A stretch of 64,000 nucleotides of DNA, taken from positions 32,001-96,000 of IMG/VR virus record IMGVR_UViG_3300032321_000388; one strand, given 5' to 3'. The position numbers and the translations under genes were made by a program. Below are positions 55,379-63,695 of the stretch, one piece after another (the first letter of the stretch is position 1; each line of letters begins with the position of its first letter). Below the pieces are notes generated by a model. It did no database searches. It saw only the letters and a list, made by a program, of their open reading frames with translations, and was not told the origin of the DNA. This DNA is from a virus (lineage: Duplodnaviria; Caudoviricetes).

Positions 55379-56552
55379 ACTAGGCGCAACAGGTGCAACA
55401 GGAGTTAAAAACGCTCCACTCACTAATGCTGAGATTGATACTAACTTTAGTAATCTTAATACTGAAGTTGGAACTAAATTAGCTTCAGCATCTTATACAG
55501 CTGCTGATGTTTTAACAAAGATTAAAACTGTTGATGGTACTGGTTCTGGTCTAGATGCAGATCTTTTAGATGGTCTTAATGCAGTTTCAGGTGCTACTGG
55601 AGCAAGTATTGTATCACGTGATTCCTCAGGTAATTTTGCTTCAAATCAAATTACAGCTGCACAATTTATTGGTCCATTATATTTAGGTACGGCTGATACG
55701 ATTGTATTTGAAGGTTCAACTGCTGATGCTTATGAGACATCATTAACTGTAACAGATCCAACTGCTGATAGAACAATTACATTTCCAGATTTAACAGGAA
55801 CAGTTGTTGTTTCTGGCGCTGGTGGAGCTATTACAAATGATATGCTTGCTGGTTCTATAGCAAATTCTAAATTAGTTAATAGTTCTATTACTCTTGATGG
55901 TAACACTGTTGCATTGGGTGGATCATTAACTATTGGAGCAGGATTAAAGAGCGCAGATAACGTATGGACAGGCACACAAACATTTAGAGATAATAAGTTT
56001 ACTATCACAGATGATGTTGATAATACAAAGGTATTAGCTTTACAACTATCAAACATTACTACTGGTACAACAAGAACACTTACTATTCCAGATGCAACTG
56101 GAACTATTGCAATTGGCCAACAAGTACTTACTAGCTCAAATGTGCAATTTGCTAATACACAACTCAGTTCATTAGGAGTTGGAACTGCTTCATCAGGTAA
56201 TGCCGGTGAGATTCGTGCAACCGGTAATATATTTGCATTCTATACGTCAGATAAAAATTTAAAAGAAAATATTGTTGCTATACCAAATGCTTTACAAAAA
56301 GTAGATCAAATTAGAGGTGTAACATTTGATTGGACAGATGCTGAGATTACTAAACGCGGTGGAGAAGATGGCTATTTTATCCGTAAAAATGATGTCGGTG
56401 TTATTGCTCAAGAAGTTGAAGCAGTATTACCAGAAGTAGTTGGCACAAATGGTGATGGATATAAAGCTGTCAAATATGAATTAATTATTCCACTACTCAT
56501 AGAAGCAATTAAGGAATTAAAAGCTGAAGTTGAAACATTGAAATCTAAATAA
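55359..56552 (+). CDS. Tail fibre with C-terminal S74 chaperone domain
   Basis: APLTNAEIDTNF anchor; GSGLDADLLDG; YTSDKNLKENI...GVIAQEVE. Confidence 0.85.
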   Translation: MASLTLRLGATGATGVKNAPLTNAEIDTNFSNLNTEVGTKLASASYTAADVLTKIKTVDGTGSGLDADLLDGLNAVSGATGASIVSRDSSGNFASNQITAAQFIGPLYLGTADTIVFEGSTADAYETSLTVTDPTADRTITFPDLTGTVVVSGAGGAITNDMLAGSIANSKLVNSSITLDGNTVALGGSLTIGAGLKSADNVWTGTQTFRDNKFTITDDVDNTKVLALQLSNITTGTTRTLTIPDATGTIAIGQQVLTSSNVQFANTQLSSLGVGTASSGNAGEIRATGNIFAFYTSDKNLKENIVAIPNALQKVDQIRGVTFDWTDAEITKRGGEDGYFIRKNDVGVIAQEVEAVLPEVVGTNGDGYKAVKYELIIPLLIEAIKELKAEVETLKSK

Positions 56553-56567
56553 TTAAAGGGTTATATA

Positions 56568-58022
56568 ATGATATTTGAAATACTCGGTGAGCGTAGTGCT
56601 GGAGATACTAAAGTTTTCTATTATGATAATATGGAAAACATACTAAAAGATGCTGATGGAAATGTGTTTGAATTTTCTGAAAAGCCTACAATACCAGATC
56701 AGTATTTAAAAGAATATAAATCTTTTGATAAAGATCACCCATTAAAGAAGTCTAATAAGATACAATTATTAAAGATTCAAATGGGTTTAAGTTGCAATTA
56801 TTCATGTGACTATTGTTCGCAAAAGTTTGTAGAGCGCGCACCAGAAACTAATAAAGATGATATTAGTGAGTTCATGCAAAAACTAGAAGTACTAGAATTT
56901 GATGAAAAGAACGGATTAAAGATTGAATTTTGGGGTGGTGAACCATTAGTTTATTGGAAAACATTAAAACCACTTGCAGAAGCATTATACGAAAAATTTG
57001 CATCATGGGAAAGAAAACCCCAGTTTAGTATTATTACTAATGGATCTATCTTAAGCGATGAGATCATTGATTGGTTAATGAAGATGGAATTTTCTGTTGC
57101 TATATCACATGATGGTCCTGGTCAAAGTGTTAGAGGTCCAGATCCATTTGATGATCCAAAACAGAAAGAAACTATTCTCGGATTCTATAGAATGATGACA
57201 AGATTAGGTAAAGGATTTAGCTTTAATGCTATGCTAAATTCTAAGAATAAGAGTCGCAAAGCAATATATGACTGGTTTGTAAAATTAACTGGTGATGAGA
57301 ATATTAAACTTGGAGAAGGTTCTATAGTTGATGCTTATGATGAAGATGGCATAACTAATTCATTACAATCTCTTCAAGAACATTTTGAATTTAGACGTAC
57401 TGCAGTATCTGATATACTACAGACAGAAGGTAAAATTGGATTCTTTGGTCAATTACAAAAGATTGACAATTTTACTAGCGGTGTACTAGCTCATAGAAAT
57501 GCTAAATATGTCGGTCAAAAATGCGGCATGGATGACGAACATACTATTGCTGTAGATTTACGAGGTAATGTATTAACATGTCAAAATGTTAGTGCATTGG
57601 AAACATCTAAAAATGATGAATCACATCTTGGTGGCAATTTAGACGATTATGATAATGTTGAACTTAAATCAGTTACTCATTGGAGTAACCGTAAAGAATG
57701 TTCAAGTTGTCCTGTATTACATATTTGTCAAGGAGCTTGTATGTTCCTTGATAAGAAGTTTTGGGATATATCGTGTGCTAATGCTTATTCAGATAACGTG
57801 GCATTATTTGCTTTGGCTATCCATAAAATGACTGGGTACATTCCAAAGCTAATTAAGAATGATACATTACCATTAGAAAGACAAGATATATTTGGTACAA
57901 TGTATAAGCATGAAGAAAAAGAAACTAAAAAGATTATACCTATAAAAGTATTCAACGAGAAAATAATGAAAATTGATGATATTGAAGTTTATGGTAAATC
58001 TGTTATTAAAGAAATTAATTAA
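56568..58022 (+). CDS. Radical SAM enzyme with SPASM domain (peptide/protein maturase type)
   Basis: CNYSCDYC, FWGGEPL, ITNGS, ISHDG; SPASM Cys set KCG...LTC...CSSC-x5-C-x3-C...SC. Confidence 0.93.
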   Translation: MIFEILGERSAGDTKVFYYDNMENILKDADGNVFEFSEKPTIPDQYLKEYKSFDKDHPLKKSNKIQLLKIQMGLSCNYSCDYCSQKFVERAPETNKDDISEFMQKLEVLEFDEKNGLKIEFWGGEPLVYWKTLKPLAEALYEKFASWERKPQFSIITNGSILSDEIIDWLMKMEFSVAISHDGPGQSVRGPDPFDDPKQKETILGFYRMMTRLGKGFSFNAMLNSKNKSRKAIYDWFVKLTGDENIKLGEGSIVDAYDEDGITNSLQSLQEHFEFRRTAVSDILQTEGKIGFFGQLQKIDNFTSGVLAHRNAKYVGQKCGMDDEHTIAVDLRGNVLTCQNVSALETSKNDESHLGGNLDDYDNVELKSVTHWSNRKECSSCPVLHICQGACMFLDKKFWDISCANAYSDNVALFALAIHKMTGYIPKLIKNDTLPLERQDIFGTMYKHEEKETKKIIPIKVFNEKIMKIDDIEVYGKSVIKEIN

Positions 58023-58032
58023 GTAGGGAATT

Positions 58033-58917
58033 ATGACATTACAAACAACTGGAACACTAGCAGTATCTGATATTAATACCGAAATAGGTCTTAGTTCTAC
58101 ATACTCTGACGATCTAGCATTTTTAAATAATAAAATTGTGGCTGCTCAAAGACCAACTACTCCTAATTTTGGTGCATTTTACGGATTAACTCATTTTCAA
58201 AATAGCACACAAGGTAATTGTGATAATGCAAATGCTGCTGGTGTAAATTGTAATTGTGGAAATGTTAATTGTTCTGCCACAGCTAACTGCGCAGGTATTA
58301 ACTGTACTAACTGTGATACTCAACCCTGGTTACAAACTAATTGTAACTGTGCTTGTACTTATAACTGCACCAATAATCAAAATTGCTTCTCATATAACTG
58401 CAATTGCAGTAAGATTATCTGTACAAAACTATATGAGATTGGAATGTTGCCTAAAGATGTGTTTGAAGCAGATCAAGCATTTGGCGATCTATTAAAAGTA
58501 AAACATCCAGACGTTTATAATGGTTATATTGCATGGGCTCAAATTGTTGTAGATTGGATGAGTGGCAAGGGTCCTAAGATGATGCCTTGGATGTCTGATG
58601 AAGAGTTTAGTAAAGCTGCACAAAATTGGTCTACTTCATGGGCAGAAACTATTGCTACTCCATGGGCTGATTATATGGCATATAAGATGGGTCTAAAAGA
58701 AACTATCAATAAGACTGGATTTGTATTAATGATGGTTGGTATACCAATTAGTAAAGTTGTTGGTGTATGGCAACGGATATTTGGTAAGAGTACTAAACCT
58801 ACAGGATTTGGTAAAGGCTTAATGCTTATTGGTATATTTGTCTTACTAAAAGCAATAGTTGAAATTGGTAAATTATTTGGTCAAAGGACTGAATCATTAG
58901 CTGGGAGAAATGCATAA
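58033..58917 (+). CDS. Asn-Cys repeat protein with fibre-tip N-terminus; putative maturase substrate
   Basis: N-terminus SDINTEIGLSST resembles the adhesin at 40565; 14 Cys in residues 62-125; KIIC-initiated helical domain; hydrophobic C-terminus. Confidence 0.8.
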   Translation: MTLQTTGTLAVSDINTEIGLSSTYSDDLAFLNNKIVAAQRPTTPNFGAFYGLTHFQNSTQGNCDNANAAGVNCNCGNVNCSATANCAGINCTNCDTQPWLQTNCNCACTYNCTNNQNCFSYNCNCSKIICTKLYEIGMLPKDVFEADQAFGDLLKVKHPDVYNGYIAWAQIVVDWMSGKGPKMMPWMSDEEFSKAAQNWSTSWAETIATPWADYMAYKMGLKETINKTGFVLMMVGIPISKVVGVWQRIFGKSTKPTGFGKGLMLIGIFVLLKAIVEIGKLFGQRTESLAGRNA

Positions 58918-59267
58918 TGGCTGAAGAATTAGAAAACGTAGCAGTAAAAACAATAACTGCAAAATGTGGGCATGATGTTATATATAGACATGACCATATC
59001 ATGGAATATTGGAATGAGCAAGTATATGCTCGAACATTAGCTCTATCTCCAGAGGAAAAAGATAGATACTTCCAAATGGTAACAGACTATGGTGATATTA
59101 TCAAGAAACTATTAGATGATGATAATCATGTTATCTATGATCATGTGGCTGGTAATCCATGGGTAAATTTAGAGTCTGCCGCAGAAGAGGGTGTTATTGT
59201 AGATCGAGATAAACCAAAACAGTTGTTAGATGAATATGATGCATGGAAGGCTCGACAACCTCAATAA
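58917..59267 (+). CDS. Hypothetical protein in the rSAM cassette
   Basis: Translationally coupled (TAATG) to the Cys-rich gene. Confidence 0.6.
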   Translation: MAEELENVAVKTITAKCGHDVIYRHDHIMEYWNEQVYARTLALSPEEKDRYFQMVTDYGDIIKKLLDDDNHVIYDHVAGNPWVNLESAAEEGVIVDRDKPKQLLDEYDAWKARQPQ

Positions 59268-59978
59268 TTGAAAGACTATATTATGAATGACATGACAGAT
59301 AAAGAACGTTATCATTGGTATCAAAATGCGCAAAACTTATTTTGGAAAAGCCCAATATGGGAAATACAGACAAAATTTGATGAAGCATTTAATGAACAGT
59401 TGCTTGAAGAGATATATGATATAGGTAAAAATATAACTTTAGGTATAGATAAAGATCCACATAATAGTATATGGGATTATAGTAGACCTAACTTAGATAT
59501 CTTAAAGCAAGAGATTATTGATATAGTTGAGACAACCATTATTAAGAACATACCTGAAGTCAGGATGTTAAATTTAAAAGGTTGTGAACATTTCATGGGT
59601 TGGATTAATGTTAGAGAACCTGGTGAAAGATTAGAAATACACGGACATACAGAATCAGCCATAGCAGCAACATATTATATCAAAGCAAAAGAAGGATGTG
59701 GAGATTTAGTAGCATATGATACTGCTGGAGCTATTGATTGGGATAATAATACCTTAAGTGGTAGTCCTTATGTAAGAGCAAGAAGATTTAAACCTGTAGA
59801 GGGTAGATTGATATTCTTTCCATCATATGTATTACATGGAGTAGATGATAATAAATCAGATGACTTACGAATATCATTAAGTACGGATTTACGTAAAGTA
59901 GTTGATAAGAATTCTTCAAATACTGTTATATTAAAATCTTGGGCTGGTAGAATGGCTAAGATTAAAGAGTGGAAATAA
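59268..59978 (+). CDS. 2OG-Fe(II) oxygenase (TIGR02466-like)
   Basis: WINV, IHGH, ATYYI, GRLIFFPSYVLHGV, RISLS. Confidence 0.85.
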   Translation: MKDYIMNDMTDKERYHWYQNAQNLFWKSPIWEIQTKFDEAFNEQLLEEIYDIGKNITLGIDKDPHNSIWDYSRPNLDILKQEIIDIVETTIIKNIPEVRMLNLKGCEHFMGWINVREPGERLEIHGHTESAIAATYYIKAKEGCGDLVAYDTAGAIDWDNNTLSGSPYVRARRFKPVEGRLIFFPSYVLHGVDDNKSDDLRISLSTDLRKVVDKNSSNTVILKSWAGRMAKIKEWK

Positions 59979-60505
59979 TGTTTTGTAAATTAAACAATTC
60001 ATTTGAGAAACCTCTCTATATAGTAACAGAAGGATTAAAGACATTTACTGGTGTAGATGATAAAGGCATAGACTACAAAAAGATCTGGAGTCCAGATGCT
60101 GAAAAATTATTATCAGTATTACCAAAGAGATATTGGGATGACTTTCATTTGACAGTCATGACTATTAATAGACCAATACCTCCTCATACTGATACTGAGA
60201 TCATCACTACTATTAATTTTTATATTGAGACTGGTGGAGCAAGAACTGTATTTTATGAACCTATAGTTGATGAACCACGCACGTTTCAAATAGAGAATCA
60301 AACTGATGGTTACATATATTATCTAGAAGATTTAAAAGAAGTTGGCAGTTTTGTAGCAAAAGATTTTGAAATCTGGTGTTTAGATGTTAAAAAGATACAT
60401 GCTGTTGAAGGTAATGTATCCATAAGAAAAGCTGTAACATTAGGCACATTCAAACACAAGTATGAAGATGTTGTAGAGATGTTTAAGGAAACTGGATGTT
60501 TGTAA
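59978..60505 (+). CDS. 2OG-Fe(II) oxygenase-like protein (HxD...H)
   Basis: PPHTD, TINFYI, LDVKKIHAV, RKAVTL. Confidence 0.75.
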   Translation: MFCKLNNSFEKPLYIVTEGLKTFTGVDDKGIDYKKIWSPDAEKLLSVLPKRYWDDFHLTVMTINRPIPPHTDTEIITTINFYIETGGARTVFYEPIVDEPRTFQIENQTDGYIYYLEDLKEVGSFVAKDFEIWCLDVKKIHAVEGNVSIRKAVTLGTFKHKYEDVVEMFKETGCL

Positions 60506-61065
60506 AACTAAAGAATAGTTTTAAAACTCCGTTATTCATAGCAATAAATGAATTAGAATCTTGGGCAGGTATAGACGGTAAAGGAGTTCATCATAAAAAG
60601 ATATGGAGTCCTGACCATGAACAGTTATATAGTGTATTGCCTAAAAGGTATTGGGATGATTTTGAATTAACAGTAATGACTATTAATTCTATTTTATTAC
60701 CGCATCAAGATAATGATTTAATAACTACTATTAATTTTTATATAGATCCTGGTAATTATAGAACAGTATTCTATGAATCAAAAGATGGTGTAAAGATTTC
60801 AAGACCTGAGATGCAAGTAACTGGAACTAATGTTCCATTAGAACAGCAAATAGGTTATGTTAAAGCTGTATATCAGCTTGAAGATGTTAAAGAATTAGAT
60901 AGTTTCATTGCTAGACCTAATGAAGCATACTTATTAGATGTTACAAAGATTCATAATGTTGAACCAATTGGCGAAACAACTGTAAGAAAAGCTATAGCTT
61001 TAAGAACTAAAAAGTACACATATAATGAAGTATATCATATGTTAAATGAAACTGGAAACCTATAA
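60496..61065 (+). CDS. 2OG-Fe(II) oxygenase-like protein, tandem paralog
   Basis: LPHQD, TINFYI, LDVTKIHNV, RKAIAL; shares KKIWSPD and VLPKRYWDDF with the upstream gene. Confidence 0.75.
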   Translation: MFVKLKNSFKTPLFIAINELESWAGIDGKGVHHKKIWSPDHEQLYSVLPKRYWDDFELTVMTINSILLPHQDNDLITTINFYIDPGNYRTVFYESKDGVKISRPEMQVTGTNVPLEQQIGYVKAVYQLEDVKELDSFIARPNEAYLLDVTKIHNVEPIGETTVRKAIALRTKKYTYNEVYHMLNETGNL

Positions 61066-61074
61066 GGATTAATT

Positions 61075-61863
61075 ATGTTTTATGAAAAACTAAATTTAAA
61101 CATTGATATTGAAAAGCTTAGAAAAGAAGTAGTTGACAATGTATTTCCACTAGGAGATCAAGTCATTCAAGGTGAAGAGTATGAAACTCCTCAGTATCAT
61201 GGTTTTGGTGGATGGAGTATTACTACTCGTACAGGCGATTGGAAAGATGGATGGGAAACTTTTCAAACAGAACAAGGTGAAGTGTTAGAAAAGTTCTTGC
61301 CTACTCCTGAATTAGTCACTAAGTCTCTTAAGTACTTTAATATGGCACATAGCTTAGAGCATGATAAACCAACTCAAGCTTATGTTGGAGAGATTCGTAA
61401 GGTAGTAGAACAAATAACAGAATTAGGTTTGACTCCACGAAGAGTAAGAGTTGCATGTCTTAAAGCTGGTTGTAAAAGTTTAGTACATAAAGATGCAGAC
61501 ACATCTGAGTATATGGCTAGATTGCATATACCATTATGGACAGATCCAAAAGCAGTGTTTATTGCAGAAAATAAACATCTACATATGGAAACTGGTTCTG
61601 CTTACATGGTTTGGGTAAATATTTGGCATCAAATTAGAAATGATTCTGACACAGACAGATATCATCTAATAATGGATGTATATGATACTAAACATATTAC
61701 TGAGCACTTTAAATATATGGGCGATTTTGCTCAATTAGAAAACTTTACTCGTGGTTATAGAGAGCAAATAGAAGCAGCAGAATTAACAGAAGATGATAAA
61801 GAATTTTTTAAAGCTATAAAAGCTAGGTATACTACAAAGAGTACAATAGAACACGCACTATAA
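61075..61863 (+). CDS. Aspartyl/asparaginyl beta-hydroxylase-family oxygenase
   Basis: RVRVACL, LVHKD, RLHIPL.T, WHQIRN, DRYHLIMD. Confidence 0.82.
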   Translation: MFYEKLNLNIDIEKLRKEVVDNVFPLGDQVIQGEEYETPQYHGFGGWSITTRTGDWKDGWETFQTEQGEVLEKFLPTPELVTKSLKYFNMAHSLEHDKPTQAYVGEIRKVVEQITELGLTPRRVRVACLKAGCKSLVHKDADTSEYMARLHIPLWTDPKAVFIAENKHLHMETGSAYMVWVNIWHQIRNDSDTDRYHLIMDVYDTKHITEHFKYMGDFAQLENFTRGYREQIEAAELTEDDKEFFKAIKARYTTKSTIEHAL

Positions 61864-61866
61864 ATA
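61859..61866 (+). promoter_or_regulatory. Late promoter
   Basis: TATAAATA at the end of the oxygenase cassette. Confidence 0.65.
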
Positions 61867-61894
61867 ATAAAAGCAGTTTATAAGGGTACAATTC

Positions 61895-62728
61895 ATGGCA
61901 ACGATAACACTAAGAAGTATTAAAGGATCACCTCTAACTATTACAGAGATGGACGATAATTTCAGTAATCTTAATACTGATGTAGGTAATAAAGTATCAA
62001 CTTCAACCTATACTGGTTCGGATATACTAACAAAATTACTTACAGTTGATGGATCTGGTTCTGGATTAGATGCTGACTTATTAGATGGAAAAAATACAGC
62101 TTCAACAGATACTATTAATACTATAGTTGCTAGAGATGGTTCTGGTAATTTTGCTGCCAATCAAATTACAGCAACTACTTTTACTGGATCATTAGTAGTT
62201 CCTACAACTGGTTCTGTTTCTTTATCTGGATCAAGTTCAGGTTCTATTACTCTTGCTGTTCCTTCTTCTGCTGGAACAAACACAATTACATTCCCAGCTA
62301 CTACAGGTAATGTGGTAACTACAGGAGATTCTGGTACAGTTACAAACACAATGCTTGCTGGTTCAATAGCAAACTCTAAACTTGCTAATAGTACAATTAC
62401 TATTGATGGTAATGCAGTATCTCTTGGTGGATCTGTAAGTATTTCATCAGGTAATATTACTTGGACTGGTGCTCAAGTATTTAGAGATAATAAATGGACA
62501 ATGACTGATAATACAGATACTACTAAAGCATTTGTATTTGAAGCATCAGGTATTGGAGCTAATACAACAAGAACTCTAACAGTTCCTAATTCAGATGGAA
62601 CTATTGCTACACAAACATATGTTCAAAATTATATTCAAACTGCAGGTTTTAATTCACAGGGAACAAAAACAATTTCTTCTAGTACTCCATCAGGCGGTGT
62701 TGATGGCGACATTTGGTATCAGGTATAA
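61895..62728 (+). CDS. Tail fibre protein, paralog of 55359..56552
   Basis: GSPLTITEMDDNF, DGSGSGLDADLLDG, MLAGSIANSKL, FRDNK, TTRTLT; ends GVDGDIWYQV. Confidence 0.8.
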   Translation: MATITLRSIKGSPLTITEMDDNFSNLNTDVGNKVSTSTYTGSDILTKLLTVDGSGSGLDADLLDGKNTASTDTINTIVARDGSGNFAANQITATTFTGSLVVPTTGSVSLSGSSSGSITLAVPSSAGTNTITFPATTGNVVTTGDSGTVTNTMLAGSIANSKLANSTITIDGNAVSLGGSVSISSGNITWTGAQVFRDNKWTMTDNTDTTKAFVFEASGIGANTTRTLTVPNSDGTIATQTYVQNYIQTAGFNSQGTKTISSSTPSGGVDGDIWYQV

Positions 62729-63678
62729 TGCCAACATTATACGTTAAAAATAACGGGGCTTGGAAACAAGTCAAAGAGATGTGGGTCAAGAAGGATGGTG
62801 TATGGACGAACCCAACAACTTCTTATGTTAAAGATGGTGGTACATTAAAAAAGTTTTATCCATCACAAAAGTTAGTTGCAGTAACATCACCATCATATTA
62901 TAATTATACATTCATTAGTGGACAAGGTGGAACTGGTAATGGGGGTGAAGTAATATCCGGTCCAGCTCCAGCTAAAGAAGATGGTGGATTCAGAACGGGT
63001 GATAGATATTTCCCAGTTGATGGAACATATGCTACAGCATTTACTAATTATTGTTATCCATTTACAGCAAATGATACTTCAGGATTAACTACATTTAGAT
63101 CACTTATAACTGGAACATACAATGCAATGTTCTCCAGTGTTTCATCTATCACTACTGTTGGTGGAGTCACATCTTTTACTGCAGTATTAAATACTGGTTA
63201 TCATTTTAATATGGTAGATGCTGCTGGCAACGTTAGAGTCTTAGCTAATCCAGGAACTACTTACACTTTTGCAATCACTTCAACCCAAACTGGAGTTTGG
63301 GGAGGCAGTACTCCAGTGTATTATACAGGTACTCAGTACTTTTATGGTTATCAAAGCCAAGGTACAGTATGGAAGAATACAACAAATCTAGCTGGGGATG
63401 CTTATGTTACTATTAATGTTTCAGGAGTCAGTAAAGTTTGTAATGTAAGGATTCGAATAGATAATGGACTCGGAGGAGCAAGTGACATAGTATATACTTC
63501 TACACAAGGTGAAAGAACATCTACTTTTAGTGGTACATTAGGGCCATATTCTGTGCCGGTTGGAGGATCTATTCAAGTTTCACATTATTGGTGGGGCACT
63601 GGCAATTTTAGCAATTCTTCATATATTAGTAGCGGGACATGGCAAGTTGGCACTAAAGTCGCTAGATGGTACGAATAA
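62728..63678 (+). CDS. Putative receptor-binding / fibre-tip protein
   Basis: N-terminal YVKNNGAWK, WVKKDGVW, YVKDGG repeats; beta-rich body. Confidence 0.65.
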   Translation: MPTLYVKNNGAWKQVKEMWVKKDGVWTNPTTSYVKDGGTLKKFYPSQKLVAVTSPSYYNYTFISGQGGTGNGGEVISGPAPAKEDGGFRTGDRYFPVDGTYATAFTNYCYPFTANDTSGLTTFRSLITGTYNAMFSSVSSITTVGGVTSFTAVLNTGYHFNMVDAAGNVRVLANPGTTYTFAITSTQTGVWGGSTPVYYTGTQYFYGYQSQGTVWKNTTNLAGDAYVTINVSGVSKVCNVRIRIDNGLGGASDIVYTSTQGERTSTFSGTLGPYSVPVGGSIQVSHYWWGTGNFSNSSYISSGTWQVGTKVARWYE

Positions 63679-63681
63679 TAA

Positions 63682-63689
63682 TATAAATA
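63682..63689 (+). promoter_or_regulatory. Late promoter
   Basis: TATAAATA 6 nt before ATG 63696. Confidence 0.7.
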
Positions 63690-63695
63690 ATAACT

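Noticed and set aside
4294-62349. Numerous antisense and alternate-frame ORFs in the track (e.g. 8038-8559, 11057-11446, 11122-11556, 14367-14765, 48853-49314)
   Set aside because: They lie wholly or largely within well-supported genes, have no recognisable motifs or RBS, and are expected shadows of biased codon usage.
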